A stretch of DNA of 64,000 nt from Candidatus Velthaea sp. (GTDB taxonomy: Bacteria > Vulcanimicrobiota > Vulcanimicrobiia > Vulcanimicrobiales > Vulcanimicrobiaceae): contig JBEKHC010000003.1 in the NCBI GenBank assembly GCA_050012475.1, forward strand, positions 32,001-96,000, in the 5' to 3' direction. This document shows, in pieces, positions 1 through 10,244 of this stretch; position 1 is the first letter of the stretch; each line of letters begins with the position of its first letter. Position numbers and translations under genes: made by a program. The notes beneath the pieces were generated by a model, which saw only the letters and a list, made by a program, of their open reading frames with translations, was not told the origin of the DNA and made no database searches.

Positions 1-1
1 C

Positions 2-1393
2 GTCAGCCGTTTGCACGGCGAGGTAAGTCGACGGATTTTTCGAGGTCTCTTTCCGCGCTGGCCTCAGGCAGAAGTCCCGATCGGCTCTGTCACCAACGGC
101 GTGCACGCTCCGACTTGGGATTCGCAGGCTGCCGATGCACTGTGGACGGAGGCCGGTGGTCCCGATCGGTGGCGCGGCACTTTGGAGACCGTCGGCGATG
201 ATATACGGCGCGCGGCGGACGGAGCGCTATGGCAGCTTCGCGCGTCCAACCGTCTTGAATTGCTGCGTTTCGTGCGGGAGCGCCTCGCCATCGAGCTTGC
301 CGCCCGCGGCGCAGACCCGAAAAGCGCAGCGAGCGTATTCGACCCAAACACCTTGACGCTGGGTTTCGCCCGCCGATTTGCTACATACAAACGCCCAAAC
401 CTGCTCCTGCATGACCCGGAGCGGCTCGTCCGCATTTTGACCAACCCCGAACGTCCCGTTCAGCTGGTGATTGCCGGCAAGGCTCATCCGCAAGACGGCG
501 CAGGTCAAGCGATGGTAAAAGCTTGGGTTGAGTTCGTTCAGCGTCCCGATGTGCGACGTCACGCCGTCTTCCTCAGCGATTACGACTTAGTCCTGGCCGA
601 GCGGCTCGTACAGGGCGCTGATCTCTGGGTCAACACTCCTCGCCGGCCCTGGGAAGCCTGCGGCACGAGCGGCATGAAAGTGCTTGTAAACGGCGGCCTT
701 AATTTATCGGAACTCGACGGTTGGTGGGCCGAAGCATATACGCCGACAGTCGGTTGGGCACTGGGCGATGGTAAGGAACATGCCGACGAGTCGGCCTGGG
801 ATTTGGCCGAAACCGAACAGCTCTACGATATCCTCGAAAAGGAGGTCATCCCGGCGTTCTACCGCCGTGACAACAACGGCATCGCTACGGAATGGGTCGC
901 GCGAATCCGCGAAAGCATGTCACACTTGGCACCGCAGTTTTCGGCAAATCGAGCGGTCCGCGAGTACACGGAGCAGCATTATCTGCCGGCCGCCGCGGCG
1001 TTTGGTGCGCGCGCAAGCGATCGGGGCTCCTATGGCAGATTGCTGCTGGAATGGAAACAAGCCTTGGCCGACCACTGGGCGTCACTGAAATTCGGCGCAC
1101 TTCGCCTCGAGAGTTCTTCGCAGCGACACGCTGTTCAAGTTGAGGTTCGTCTGGGGGACCTGCGTGCCGACGATGTGCGCCTACAGGTCTACGCAGATCC
1201 GCTCAACGGCGAGCCGCCATTCGTAGCGGAAATGACGCCGAGCAAGGGCGTCGAACCTGCTAACGGCTGGCATCTTTACGCCGCAGATGTTCCCGCTTCG
1301 CGCCCGTTGTCGGACTACACACCTCGCATCATACCGTCGTATTCTGGAGCGAAGGTGCCGCTCGAGGATGGTCACATCCTTTGGTACCGCTAG
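2..1393 (+). CDS. glgP: Alpha-glucan (glycogen) phosphorylase, C-terminal part; 5' end outside window
   Basis: Motifs VSRLHGEVSR, VTNGVH, GFARRFATYKR, AGKAHP and the PLP-lysine motif EACGTSGMK; frame open to the window edge. Confidence 0.95.
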   Translation, partial: VSRLHGEVSRRIFRGLFPRWPQAEVPIGSVTNGVHAPTWDSQAADALWTEAGGPDRWRGTLETVGDDIRRAADGALWQLRASNRLELLRFVRERLAIELAARGADPKSAASVFDPNTLTLGFARRFATYKRPNLLLHDPERLVRILTNPERPVQLVIAGKAHPQDGAGQAMVKAWVEFVQRPDVRRHAVFLSDYDLVLAERLVQGADLWVNTPRRPWEACGTSGMKVLVNGGLNLSELDGWWAEAYTPTVGWALGDGKEHADESAWDLAETEQLYDILEKEVIPAFYRRDNNGIATEWVARIRESMSHLAPQFSANRAVREYTEQHYLPAAAAFGARASDRGSYGRLLLEWKQALADHWASLKFGALRLESSSQRHAVQVEVRLGDLRADDVRLQVYADPLNGEPPFVAEMTPSKGVEPANGWHLYAADVPASRPLSDYTPRIIPSYSGAKVPLEDGHILWYR

Positions 1394-1579
1394 GTCTGGA
1401 GTTCGTCTAGTCTGCGCGTCCCGGCCGCCGTGGTGGTAAAAATGAGCGAGGCGGTTCGAGCTCTCGGCCGCGTCCTGACGGCATCGCGAATGACGAACTG
1501 TCACGCGATCGCACTGCAGGAAAGGCCTCGTGGCGCTTGTTTCCGAGCCGATCGAACCGGCACATTCCGCCGCACGCGA

Positions 1580-1843
1580 TTACCAGGGGGCGCGATCTGC
1601 ACTTGCCGTGCTTTCGAGGCGATGCACCTCCGCTTGGAGGCGATGCACGTCTTCTTTGAGCGAGCTGATCTCGCCCTCGAGTCGATAGAAACCTTGCTTT
1701 GTACTGCTCGTCAGCACATCGATCAAACGAACGAGGTCTCCCAACGTTAACGCGACACCGGCGGATAGCGATCCGCCGCGCGCCAGCTCCTCCACGGCCG
1801 AACGCGCTGCCGCCACCTCATCCTCAAAACTCCCGTCCATCAT
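1580..1843 (-). CDS. Small hypothetical protein (87 aa) with C-terminal coiled-coil heptads
   Basis: ATGATG start preceded by AGAGG RBS; LKEDVHRLQAEVHRLES heptad repeat. Confidence 0.55.
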   Translation of the reverse strand: MMDGSFEDEVAAARSAVEELARGGSLSAGVALTLGDLVRLIDVLTSSTKQGFYRLEGEISSLKEDVHRLQAEVHRLESTASADRAPW

Positions 1844-1977
1844 TCGACCTCTTTTCGTTGAATGTGCCCTCAAGCCGCGTCCTGTGACTTGAGCTGGGTT
1901 CGCCCCGCCGGCGCTCTTTGCAACTCGGACGCTTGCTACAACCCGCTGATGACGCAACCGTCGTTCCTTTTGGTGCA

Positions 1978-3087
1978 CTAGCGCAATTGTGAGCGGTAGC
2001 GCGTCGCGCTGATTCCCATCGCGACCACGGCAAAGGCGAGGAGAGCCAGGACGTTGGGCCAGATGACGTCGAGGCCCGCACCCTTGAGCAGGATGTCGCG
2101 CACGATCGTAATGTAGTGACGCAGGGGATTGACCAACGAGATGGTCCGCCAGAACGGCGGCATGCTTTCGATCGGAGCGAACGCACCCGAAAGCATCATC
2201 AACGGCAGCGCGGTGAAGAGCGAAATGAGCACGACCTGCTGCTGGGTGGCCGCAAACGTCGAGATGAGCATCCCGATCGCGATTGCCGCAACGATATAGA
2301 GCGACGAAATTGCTAAAAACAAGATCAAGTCGCCCCGGAACGGCAGTCCGAAGATCAGGCGCGAGAGGGCGATCGAGGCCAACAGCGCAACGAGAAAAAG
2401 GATGAACAGGGGTGCGATCTTCGCCAAGAGCACCTCGAGTGACGACGCCGGCGTCATGAGCAGCTGCTCGAGCGTTCCCTCGTCTTTTTCGCGCACGCTC
2501 TGCGAGCTCGAGGCTAAGATTCCGGTAATCATCAAGATCGCGCCGAGCAACCCAGGCACGAAGAACCACGCCGTAACCAGGCCCGGATTGTAGGCGAAGG
2601 TGATCTGCGGCGCGAGCGGCGGCGGGGGTTCGCCCCGTGCGTTGTACGCTTGAACGATCAAGCTTGCATAACCGGCACCGACGTTCCCGACGAAGCTGTT
2701 CACCCCGTCGAGCACCAGTTGCACCTGGCCCGACGCGCCGCGGGCAGCGCTGCGCGCGTAGTCAGCTGGAATAACGAGCGCCGCATCGACCGTACCGCTC
2801 TGGACCGCCCGATACGCGTTCGCTGTATTGTCAGCCTCGCCGTGCGGTACGAAGACACCGTTGGCGGTGAAGGCGTCGATGAGCTCGCGGCTGGCCGGGC
2901 TCTTGGATTCGTCCGCCACGGCGAACGTGAGGTGTTTGACCAGCGGACTCATGGCGTAGCCCAAGATCGTGACCTGCACGATCGGCGGAAAGAGCAGGAT
3001 GTAGAGGACCTGCCGATTGCCCAGGATCTGGACGAACTCTTTGCGCAGGAGCACCAGCAGACGTCGCCATGAAAGCAGGCTGCTCAC
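1978..3087 (-). CDS. ABC-2 type transporter permease (YbhR-like)
   Basis: GTG start; LLRKEFVQI, YNPGL, VREKDEGTLEQLLMTP, LSGAFAPIESMP; multiple TM segments. Confidence 0.9.
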   Translation of the reverse strand: MSSLLSWRRLLVLLRKEFVQILGNRQVLYILLFPPIVQVTILGYAMSPLVKHLTFAVADESKSPASRELIDAFTANGVFVPHGEADNTANAYRAVQSGTVDAALVIPADYARSAARGASGQVQLVLDGVNSFVGNVGAGYASLIVQAYNARGEPPPPLAPQITFAYNPGLVTAWFFVPGLLGAILMITGILASSSQSVREKDEGTLEQLLMTPASSLEVLLAKIAPLFILFLVALLASIALSRLIFGLPFRGDLILFLAISSLYIVAAIAIGMLISTFAATQQQVVLISLFTALPLMMLSGAFAPIESMPPFWRTISLVNPLRHYITIVRDILLKGAGLDVIWPNVLALLAFAVVAMGISATRYRSQLR

Positions 3088-3089
3088 CG

Positions 3090-4214
3090 TCAGTCCGTCA
3101 TCTGCATGCGGCGCATCGGCAGCCACGCGCCGACCGCTAGGACCGACGCGATGAGCACCAGCGACAGCAGTTCGCTCCACACGCTCGGCCAACCGGCGCC
3201 GCGCACGAACGCATCGCGGGTGATGTTGATGTAATGGCGCGTCGGAACGATGTAGGAGAGCCATTGGAAGAACAGCGGCATCGCGAACACCGGATACATG
3301 AACCCGCTCAAAAGGACCGCCAACAATGAATTGACCGTACCGGAGGCTTGGATCGCCGACGTTACCGTGCTGGTCCCCGCACCGATGAATAAACCCAAAA
3401 GCACCTGGCAGCAGACCAGCAGCGGCGTCCCGATCAACAGCGGTAGCGGGTCGCCGGCAAAGTGCACGCCCCAGACCGCGAAGCCGATTGCCATGATCGC
3501 GAGCGCTTCGGCGAGACCGATGAGTTCGAGCGCGAGACACTTGCCGGCGATCAGTTCGGAAGCGCGCAGGCGCGACGCGTAGGCTTGAACGATCGTCCCG
3601 CGTTCCTTGTCGCGCACCATCGCGATGGCCGCGAGCAAGGTCGGATAGATCGCCAGGATCACGGCATAGACGCCGGGGACGATGAAGAGTGCTTCGTTGC
3701 CGCCCGGGTTGAACCAAATGCGCTCGTGCAGCGCAACCCTCGCCGGACCGAACGATGCAAGGGACGGCGGTGCGTACGTCGCCCCGACGAAGGCGCTCGT
3801 CGCGGTGAGAATCTGCTTGATCGTCAGCGCGTTCACGACGTCGGTCGCGTCGACGAGACTCTGGATTTGCGCCGCGCGTCCCTGCGCGATGGCGCGCTGC
3901 GTTCCCGGCGGGATCACGATCGATGCGCGCACGTTCCCGAATTGCAGGAGCGCCGTGGGCGAGCGGTCGAGCGGCTCCGGGATCGCAACGAGTTCTTGAC
4001 TGGCGTCGATGCGCGCGATGAAGTCGCGGCTGAACGGAGAACGATCGAAGTCCTGAACCGCGACCGGAATGTTCTTGATCTGCAGTCGGATTGCCAGGCC
4101 GAAGATGAGCAGCATCGCGACCGGCAGCGCAAAGGCAAGCGCAACGGTCAGGCGGTCACGGCGAAATTCGACCAACTCCTTGACACACTGAACCCACACG
4201 CGCCGCAGATTCAT
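3090..4214 (-). CDS. ABC-2 type transporter permease (YbhS-like)
   Basis: KELVEFRRDR, WFNPG, RDKERGT, LLSGFMYP; start overlaps the stop of the ATPase gene. Confidence 0.9.
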   Translation of the reverse strand: MNLRRVWVQCVKELVEFRRDRLTVALAFALPVAMLLIFGLAIRLQIKNIPVAVQDFDRSPFSRDFIARIDASQELVAIPEPLDRSPTALLQFGNVRASIVIPPGTQRAIAQGRAAQIQSLVDATDVVNALTIKQILTATSAFVGATYAPPSLASFGPARVALHERIWFNPGGNEALFIVPGVYAVILAIYPTLLAAIAMVRDKERGTIVQAYASRLRASELIAGKCLALELIGLAEALAIMAIGFAVWGVHFAGDPLPLLIGTPLLVCCQVLLGLFIGAGTSTVTSAIQASGTVNSLLAVLLSGFMYPVFAMPLFFQWLSYIVPTRHYINITRDAFVRGAGWPSVWSELLSLVLIASVLAVGAWLPMRRMQMTD

Positions 4215-6115
4215 GCAGCGGTCCCGCGCTCGATCGTCCCGATGAATGCATCCTCGAGGGAGAACGGCAGCGGACGGGTCTGCGCGACTTTGACGCCGGC
4301 CGCGCGCAGTGCCTCCGTGGCTTGCTCGAGGTCGCCTTCGTCGATCGCAATGAGATGCAGCCGCGTCCCGAAGAGTGCCACGCGCCAAGCGGCGAAACGC
4401 TGTTCCAGGGCGGCAGCGGCGCGCTCCGGTTCATCCGTGGTGAGCTCGAACAGACGACCGGGCTGCGCGGCCTTGATCGCGGTCGGCGAACCTTCCGTCA
4501 CCATGCGCCCGGCCGACATGAAGCAGAGCCGTTGGCAATGCTCGGCTTCTTCCAAGTAGTGTGTCGTGACGAGAATCGCCGTTCCGGCGCGAGAGCGCTC
4601 GTCGATCAGGCGCCAAAACTGGCGCCGCGCGAGCGGATCGACGCCCGACGTCGGTTCGTCGAGAAACAGGATCTCGGGATCGTGCATCACGGCCGCGCCG
4701 AACGCGACCCGCTGCTTCCACCCGCCGGGCAATTTCGCGGTAAGGAGCCCTTCGCGCCCGCGCAATCCCGAACTCTCGAGCACCCACGCGATGCGCGCGT
4801 CCCGCTCGCTCGACTGCAGCCCGTAGATGCCGGCATAGAAGCGCAGGTTCTCGATGATCGACAGATCGTCGTAGAGCGTGAATTTCTGACTCATATAGCC
4901 GATCCGCCGTCGGAGGGACGCGGAACGTAAATTGCCGGTTTGCCCGGCGAGCGCTATCGTGCCGGACGTCGGCGCGAGTAGGCCGCAGAGCATCTTGATG
5001 ATCGTCGTCTTGCCCGCACCGTTCGCGCCGAGGAGTCCGTAAATCTCGCCATAGCCCACCTTGAGCGTTACTCCGTCAACGGCGCGAAAGGCCCCGAACT
5101 CCTTTGTCAGGCCGTGCGCGTCGATCGCGAGCGCTCCGTCTTCGATACGCGGGGGTGCGGTCGCCGGAAACGGCAGGTACGGTGCCCCCGAGCCGAGTTC
5201 GCGTAAGCGAGCGACGAAGACGTTTTCGAGATTCGGCGCCTCATCGTCGATGGACGTTACGCTGACGGCCGCGGCCGCGAGCACCGAGCGAATCACGCGC
5301 TCGCCGTCGTGCGCGTCGTGGACGAGCGCATCGAGGCGGTCGCCGAAGGATTGGACGTCGACGATCTCCGCGTGGGCGTCTTCGAGCGTGCGTTCGGCGG
5401 CACCGATATCGCCGGCGCGAATCTCGAGACGCCGGCACTTTAGCTGCGCCTCGAGTTCGACCGGGGTTCCCAAGTCGCGGATCGTGCCGTCATAGAGCAA
5501 CGCGACGCGATGACAGCGCTCGGCTTCGTCGAGATACGGCGTAGCGACGACGATCGTGACATCGCTCGACGCAAGCCGGGTAAGGACGCTCCAGAACTCG
5601 CGCCGCGAAAGGGGATCGACACCGACGGTAGGCTCATCGAGCAGCAGGATCCGCGGTTCGCTGATGAGCGCGCAGCACAATGCGAGCTTTTGCTTCATCC
5701 CGCCGGAGAGCCGGCCCGCAAGGCGGTCGCCGATACCCGCCAGGTCCATCAACGCTAGGTAGCGCTCGCGGCGTTCGCTGAACGCGTCGGCCGCCACGTC
5801 ACGCAATCCGGCAAGATAGCGCAGATTTTCGTCGATGCTGAGGTCGTCGAACAGCGAGAATTGCTGCGTGAGATAGCCCACGTTCAAGCGGGCGGCGCGC
5901 GGCGGCTGGCCCAGGAGCGAGACGTCGCCGGAGGTTGGTTCGAGAATCCCGGCGAGCACGTTGAAGGTCGTCGTTTTACCCGCGCCGTCGGGCCCGATGA
6001 GACCGAAGATCTCGCCGTGCCGAACCTCGAAATCGATGCCGCGCACCGCTTCGATTTCACCGTAGCGCTTTGTCAAGCCGCGCACGCGCACGTCGATCGC
6101 CGGTGCCGCGATCAC
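4211..6115 (-). CDS. ABC transporter ATP-binding protein with two ATPase domains (YbhF-like)
   Basis: Two Walker A motifs (GPDGAGKTT, GANGAGKTT), signatures LSGGMKQ and LPGGWKQ, two LDEPT Walker B motifs. Confidence 0.93.
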   Translation of the reverse strand: MIAAPAIDVRVRGLTKRYGEIEAVRGIDFEVRHGEIFGLIGPDGAGKTTTFNVLAGILEPTSGDVSLLGQPPRAARLNVGYLTQQFSLFDDLSIDENLRYLAGLRDVAADAFSERRERYLALMDLAGIGDRLAGRLSGGMKQKLALCCALISEPRILLLDEPTVGVDPLSRREFWSVLTRLASSDVTIVVATPYLDEAERCHRVALLYDGTIRDLGTPVELEAQLKCRRLEIRAGDIGAAERTLEDAHAEIVDVQSFGDRLDALVHDAHDGERVIRSVLAAAAVSVTSIDDEAPNLENVFVARLRELGSGAPYLPFPATAPPRIEDGALAIDAHGLTKEFGAFRAVDGVTLKVGYGEIYGLLGANGAGKTTIIKMLCGLLAPTSGTIALAGQTGNLRSASLRRRIGYMSQKFTLYDDLSIIENLRFYAGIYGLQSSERDARIAWVLESSGLRGREGLLTAKLPGGWKQRVAFGAAVMHDPEILFLDEPTSGVDPLARRQFWRLIDERSRAGTAILVTTHYLEEAEHCQRLCFMSAGRMVTEGSPTAIKAAQPGRLFELTTDEPERAAAALEQRFAAWRVALFGTRLHLIAIDEGDLEQATEALRAAGVKVAQTRPLPFSLEDAFIGTIERGTAA

Positions 6116-7419
6116 GACGGCGCGATGTCGATTTGGGCGTCGGCAGGCATCCCCGGCTTCGCGCTGCCGCGCGGCGCACGCAGGTCGAGCTTCACGCCGA
6201 AGACTTGCTCCACGCGGTCTTGCTTGAAGTAGATGTTCTCCGGCGTGAACGACGCTTGCGCGTCGATTTCGCCGACGCGCGCGTCGAGCGGATGATTCGG
6301 GTCGGAGTCGAGGATCACGTGCGCCGATTGCCCGACGCGCACGTGACCGATGTCACCTTCGGGCACGTATCCACGTAAGTACACGTGATTCAAATCGACC
6401 ACCGAGAGCAGCGTTTGTCCCGGCGCGACCACCATGCCCGGCTCGATCGCGCGCGCGATGACGGTGCCGTCGCTCGCCGCGCGAACGTGCAGATCGTCCA
6501 GCGCGGCTTGTGCCGCCTGATGCGTTGCGCGCGCTTGACGCGCGTCGGCCCGTGCGGCGGCGATCTGCGCCTGCGCTTGACGCTGCTGCCGTTCGAGCGT
6601 GACGACTTGCGCCGCATGAATCGGTCCGTTGAACGCCGTGGTCTGCGCAAGAGCGAGTGCAGCCGTTGCCGCCGAGCCGTTCTGCACCGCGGCGGCCAGC
6701 GCTGCGCGTTGTTGTTCAACCGCGGCAGCGGCGGTGCGAGACATCGTGTCGGCTTGCTGTGCGCTTTGCAGCGAGATGTCGCCCGTCCGGCTCAACGCGT
6801 CGTAGCGCACGCGATCGGCATTCGCCAGTCCGAGACTCGCCTGAGCCTGTCGGACTGCGGCAGCTGCTTGCGCTGCTTGCGCTTGTGCGGCCGCGACGTT
6901 CGCTCGCGCCTGCGCGAGGCGTCCGTTCGTGTCCGCCATCGCCTGTTCGCCGCCGAGTGCGGTTTCGTGGATTTGGCTTGCCAAAACCGCCAACGTCGCT
7001 TGACTCTGCCGAGCCCGGTCCTCGGCCGCCGCCACGGCCGCTGCCGCGGCCGCCGTCTGGGCCCGAGCCTGCGCATCGTCGAGCCGCACCAGGACCTGGC
7101 CGGCGCGAACGAGGGCGCCTTCACGCACCGCAACCCACACGACGCGCCCGCCGACCTTCGCGCCAAGATCGCTCTGATAGCCCTCAAGCCGGCCGCTCAA
7201 CGGCAGTTGCGTCGACGGCGGAGCCGGCCACAGCGCACGCACGGCGAGGAGCACGGCACCGGCCATCACCACGAATACGACCGCCAGTACGACGAAAACG
7301 CGCCGGGACCAGCGACGCGGTTTCGCGACCGGCACCGGCTCCGCCGATTTTGGCGGCGTAAGCGCTTGCGGTGCCGCGGACGGCGTCGGCGGAGCGGTCG
7401 TATTTCCCGCAGCCATCAC
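6112..7419 (-). CDS. HlyD-family membrane fusion protein (YbhG-like)
   Basis: N-terminal TM, lipoyl half motifs, long Ala/Gln coiled coil, ASFTPENIY and GMPADA motifs. Confidence 0.9.
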   Translation of the reverse strand: MMAAGNTTAPPTPSAAPQALTPPKSAEPVPVAKPRRWSRRVFVVLAVVFVVMAGAVLLAVRALWPAPPSTQLPLSGRLEGYQSDLGAKVGGRVVWVAVREGALVRAGQVLVRLDDAQARAQTAAAAAAVAAAEDRARQSQATLAVLASQIHETALGGEQAMADTNGRLAQARANVAAAQAQAAQAAAAVRQAQASLGLANADRVRYDALSRTGDISLQSAQQADTMSRTAAAAVEQQRAALAAAVQNGSAATAALALAQTTAFNGPIHAAQVVTLERQQRQAQAQIAAARADARQARATHQAAQAALDDLHVRAASDGTVIARAIEPGMVVAPGQTLLSVVDLNHVYLRGYVPEGDIGHVRVGQSAHVILDSDPNHPLDARVGEIDAQASFTPENIYFKQDRVEQVFGVKLDLRAPRGSAKPGMPADAQIDIAPS

Positions 7420-7922
7420 CGAGCCAGGGGAAGTGCTTCTCGCGGCTTGCCCGCGTCACGCGTACCGTGCCTGGCCGCATGCTCGATATAGCCTGCGATC
7501 GAACGCAACAAATCACGCGCCGTGCCCGCAGCGATGCGAAAGCCGATTCCGGCGTCGATGAGCGCGCCGACCGATCCGAACGGCGGTTGGTAGCGGCCGG
7601 CCAAAACGAGGCTGAAACAGTCGCGGTATGGGCTGCTTTCTACGGCCAACGCGCCGGCGAATTCCGGGGACCCATGGTCCTTGGACGCCCTGGTGACGGA
7701 ATAGGCCGGATGCCGATCGCCGGTCGACTGCAGTGCATAAAAGGACGCCACGCCGCGCCGTTCAAAGGGCAGCTTCCAGGCTGCCAATACCTTGAGCGGC
7801 AAACGCAAAGCGATGTTGACCGAACCGTCGCCGGCTCGATGCGCGGCAACGAATGCCGCCAACTGGTGGGCGGCCTCGCGCTCCGGACAAAGCACGACGC
7901 GGCGCTCGCTGATATCCGTCAA
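7416..7922 (-). CDS. Hypothetical protein, possibly SRPBCC/START-like fold; paralog of 29874-30374
   Basis: Aligns along its length with 29874-30374 (PEFAGALAVE, FSLVLxGxYQxPFG, DAGxG); stop overlaps the HlyD start. Confidence 0.7.
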   Translation of the reverse strand: MTDISERRVVLCPEREAAHQLAAFVAAHRAGDGSVNIALRLPLKVLAAWKLPFERRGVASFYALQSTGDRHPAYSVTRASKDHGSPEFAGALAVESSPYRDCFSLVLAGRYQPPFGSVGALIDAGIGFRIAAGTARDLLRSIAGYIEHAARHGTRDAGKPREALPLAR

Positions 7923-7975
7923 ATGACTGCTCTTCTCACCAGCGGATCGGTTCGCCGCAGTGCGGCCTCCGAGCG

Positions 7976-8022
7976 ATCATAGCATTCGACTCGGGGTAAA
8001 CACACCGTGAAAACAATGGATC
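7976..8022 (-). promoter_or_regulatory. Island promoter copy 1: GATCCATTGTTTTCACG-N24-TATGAT
   Basis: Box 8006-8022, -10 at 7976-7981 preceded by TGn; points into the 7922 gene and the ABC exporter operon. Confidence 0.75.
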
Positions 8023-8226
8023 GTGGGGGCCCGGACTCGGCTCTGCATCCCGGCTGTTCGACCGTCCCGTGCGCCGAGCGGCTCATTGCGCGCACGTTCA
8101 AGGCTTCGAGCACGATCGTGCAATAACGGTCGACGATCGCTGGCGACCGCGCGCCGACCGCGACACCGTCGTCAGCTTCAACCAGAATGTTAGCCTGACG
8201 TCTCGTTCTGAGAAGCTCTGCAGGAT

Positions 8227-10155
8227 TTAGACCGAGATTCTGACGCCAAACTCGATCGTGCTCTCGACGGGGAGGCCGAGCGACTCGGTGAGCGGGGTAG
8301 CATTCCGCGCCATGAACGCGTAGACAAATCGCTGCCAACCCGGCATCGCGCTCCGCGCGAGGTCGCGAACGAGCCTTGGATGCGGCAAATAATACGCAGA
8401 TACGGCGTCAAGTCCGAGCGGCTTTTCTCCGCAGCAATCGATGATGTCATCGATCGAGGGCATCTGCATGTATCCGTAGCGCGCGACGATCCGCATGACG
8501 TCGCAAGCCACCTGTTCGAAGACGATCCGGTCTTCCCTGCGCACCGTGGGACGACGTTCGTGTGCGATCGTAATGATCACGATGTTGGCGTGGAGCACGT
8601 GCGTTGAAAGCCACGCGTGGTGTAAGACGAAGGGAATGCCTTCGCTATCCGTTGTGAGAAAAACCGCGGTTTCGGGACGTAGGCGCACGGCGCGACTCGA
8701 GTACTCCTCGCGTTCGTACACGTCGAGCGGTGCCGATAGCTTTGCGAACGCTGCGGCGACGCGTCGCCGTCCCGATTCCCACGTGACGAAAAGCGTGAAA
8801 ACGACGAAGGCGATCGACGCCGGCAGCCAGGCCCCATCCATAATCTTGACGATGTTGCCGGCCAAGAACGCGAGATCGACGCTGAGAAAGACCGCGCTGA
8901 GCCCGTATGCGGCGAGCGGTGGCCATTTGAAACGGGAACGCGCGACCTGACCAAAAGCGAACGATGTGGCAAGCATCGTAACGGTGACGGCGAGGCCATA
9001 CGCCGAACCCAGCCGCTCGCTGCTGCGGAAACCGAGGACGACCCCAATGCAAGCGCACGCCAGCATCGCGTTGACGGCTGGGATAAAGATTTGTCCCGCT
9101 CGTTCGGAGGACGTATGGAGCACCCGCAAACGCGGTAGATAGCCGAGTTGTACCGCTTCTTGCGTCATCGAGAAGGCGCCCGTGATGAGCGCCTGCGACG
9201 CGATGACGGTCGCGACCGTCGACAGCGCGACCATCGCAAGCGTCGTCCAACCGGGATAAAGCGCGAAAAATGACGACGACGAAAGCACGCGAGGGTCGTG
9301 CAGCGCGAGGGCTCCTTGGCCGAAGTAGTTGAGGAGCAACGCCGGGAAGCATGCCGCGTACCAAGCAAGGCGAATTGCCGAGCTGCCGAAATGCCCGAGA
9401 TCGGCGTAGAGCGCTTCGACGCCCGATACCGACAGCACGACGGCGCCCAAAACCAGAATGCTCGACGGACCGTTCCGCGCCATAAACTGGAACGCATGAC
9501 GCGGGTCGAGCGCGACAAGAACGTGCGCGTCATGGACGAGTGCGACAAGTCCGCCGGCCCCGATCGCGATGAACCAGAGCAGCATGATCGGGCCGAAGAC
9601 GCTTCCGATCTTCCCGGTGCCGCGCGCTTGCACGAAGAACAGTGCTCCCAGGATGGCAACCGTGGCCGGAACCACGACCGGGTGCAGGGCCCGCGTTGCG
9701 ACATCAAGTCCCTCGACGGCCGAGAGCACCGAGATCGCGGGGGTAATGATGCCGTCTCCGTACAGCATCGCGGCTCCGAGAAGGAGCGCAAACGCAAGCC
9801 ACGGCAGGCGCTTCGAGACGCTGCTGCGGGGGATCGGAGTCAACAGCAGCGCCAGCAGCGCGAGCGTGCCGCCTTCTCCTTCGTAGTCGGCCCGCAGCAC
9901 GAATGTCGCATACTTCACGCAAACGACGAGAATGAGCGCCCATACGATGAGCGACAGGATGCCGAGCACGTTCTCCGCGCGAGCGGCGTAACCGGGACCC
10001 GCGACAAAACATAGCCGAAACGCGTAGAGTGGACTCGTCCCGATATCGCCGAAGACGATACCCAGCGCCGCGAGCGACAGCATCGCGAGCGGCGTGACGC
10101 TTTGCCGTCGTTCGGACGACGGTATGAAGCTCGGCGCGGTCCGGATCGTTTCCAT
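8227..10155 (-). CDS. kup: KUP/HAK/KT family potassium transporter
   Basis: GIVFGDIGTSPLYA, GEGGTLAL, GDGIITPAISVLSAVEG, EALYADLGHFG. Confidence 0.95.
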   Translation of the reverse strand: METIRTAPSFIPSSERRQSVTPLAMLSLAALGIVFGDIGTSPLYAFRLCFVAGPGYAARAENVLGILSLIVWALILVVCVKYATFVLRADYEGEGGTLALLALLLTPIPRSSVSKRLPWLAFALLLGAAMLYGDGIITPAISVLSAVEGLDVATRALHPVVVPATVAILGALFFVQARGTGKIGSVFGPIMLLWFIAIGAGGLVALVHDAHVLVALDPRHAFQFMARNGPSSILVLGAVVLSVSGVEALYADLGHFGSSAIRLAWYAACFPALLLNYFGQGALALHDPRVLSSSSFFALYPGWTTLAMVALSTVATVIASQALITGAFSMTQEAVQLGYLPRLRVLHTSSERAGQIFIPAVNAMLACACIGVVLGFRSSERLGSAYGLAVTVTMLATSFAFGQVARSRFKWPPLAAYGLSAVFLSVDLAFLAGNIVKIMDGAWLPASIAFVVFTLFVTWESGRRRVAAAFAKLSAPLDVYEREEYSSRAVRLRPETAVFLTTDSEGIPFVLHHAWLSTHVLHANIVIITIAHERRPTVRREDRIVFEQVACDVMRIVARYGYMQMPSIDDIIDCCGEKPLGLDAVSAYYLPHPRLVRDLARSAMPGWQRFVYAFMARNATPLTESLGLPVESTIEFGVRISV

Positions 10156-10244
10156 TCAGCAGCTCGGCGACGCCAAAGGCGACGGCGGCTTGCGGCGAAG
10201 CCGCAAACGCGATGGATTCGTCGAGCGTAGCCGAGGCGAATCCA

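Noticed and set aside
8006..8022. Interpreting the box as a CRP/FNR site or TTCACG as a simple -35
   Set aside because: No palindromic left half (GTGA/TTGA), and a 24-nt spacer is far outside sigma70 (16-18 nt) or MerR-type (19-20 nt) spacing
10190..10206. TTGCGGC-GAA-GCCGCAA hairpin upstream of kup as a riboswitch (e.g. c-di-AMP)
   Set aside because: The intergenic gap is only about 90 nt and lacks recognisable ydaO aptamer motifs
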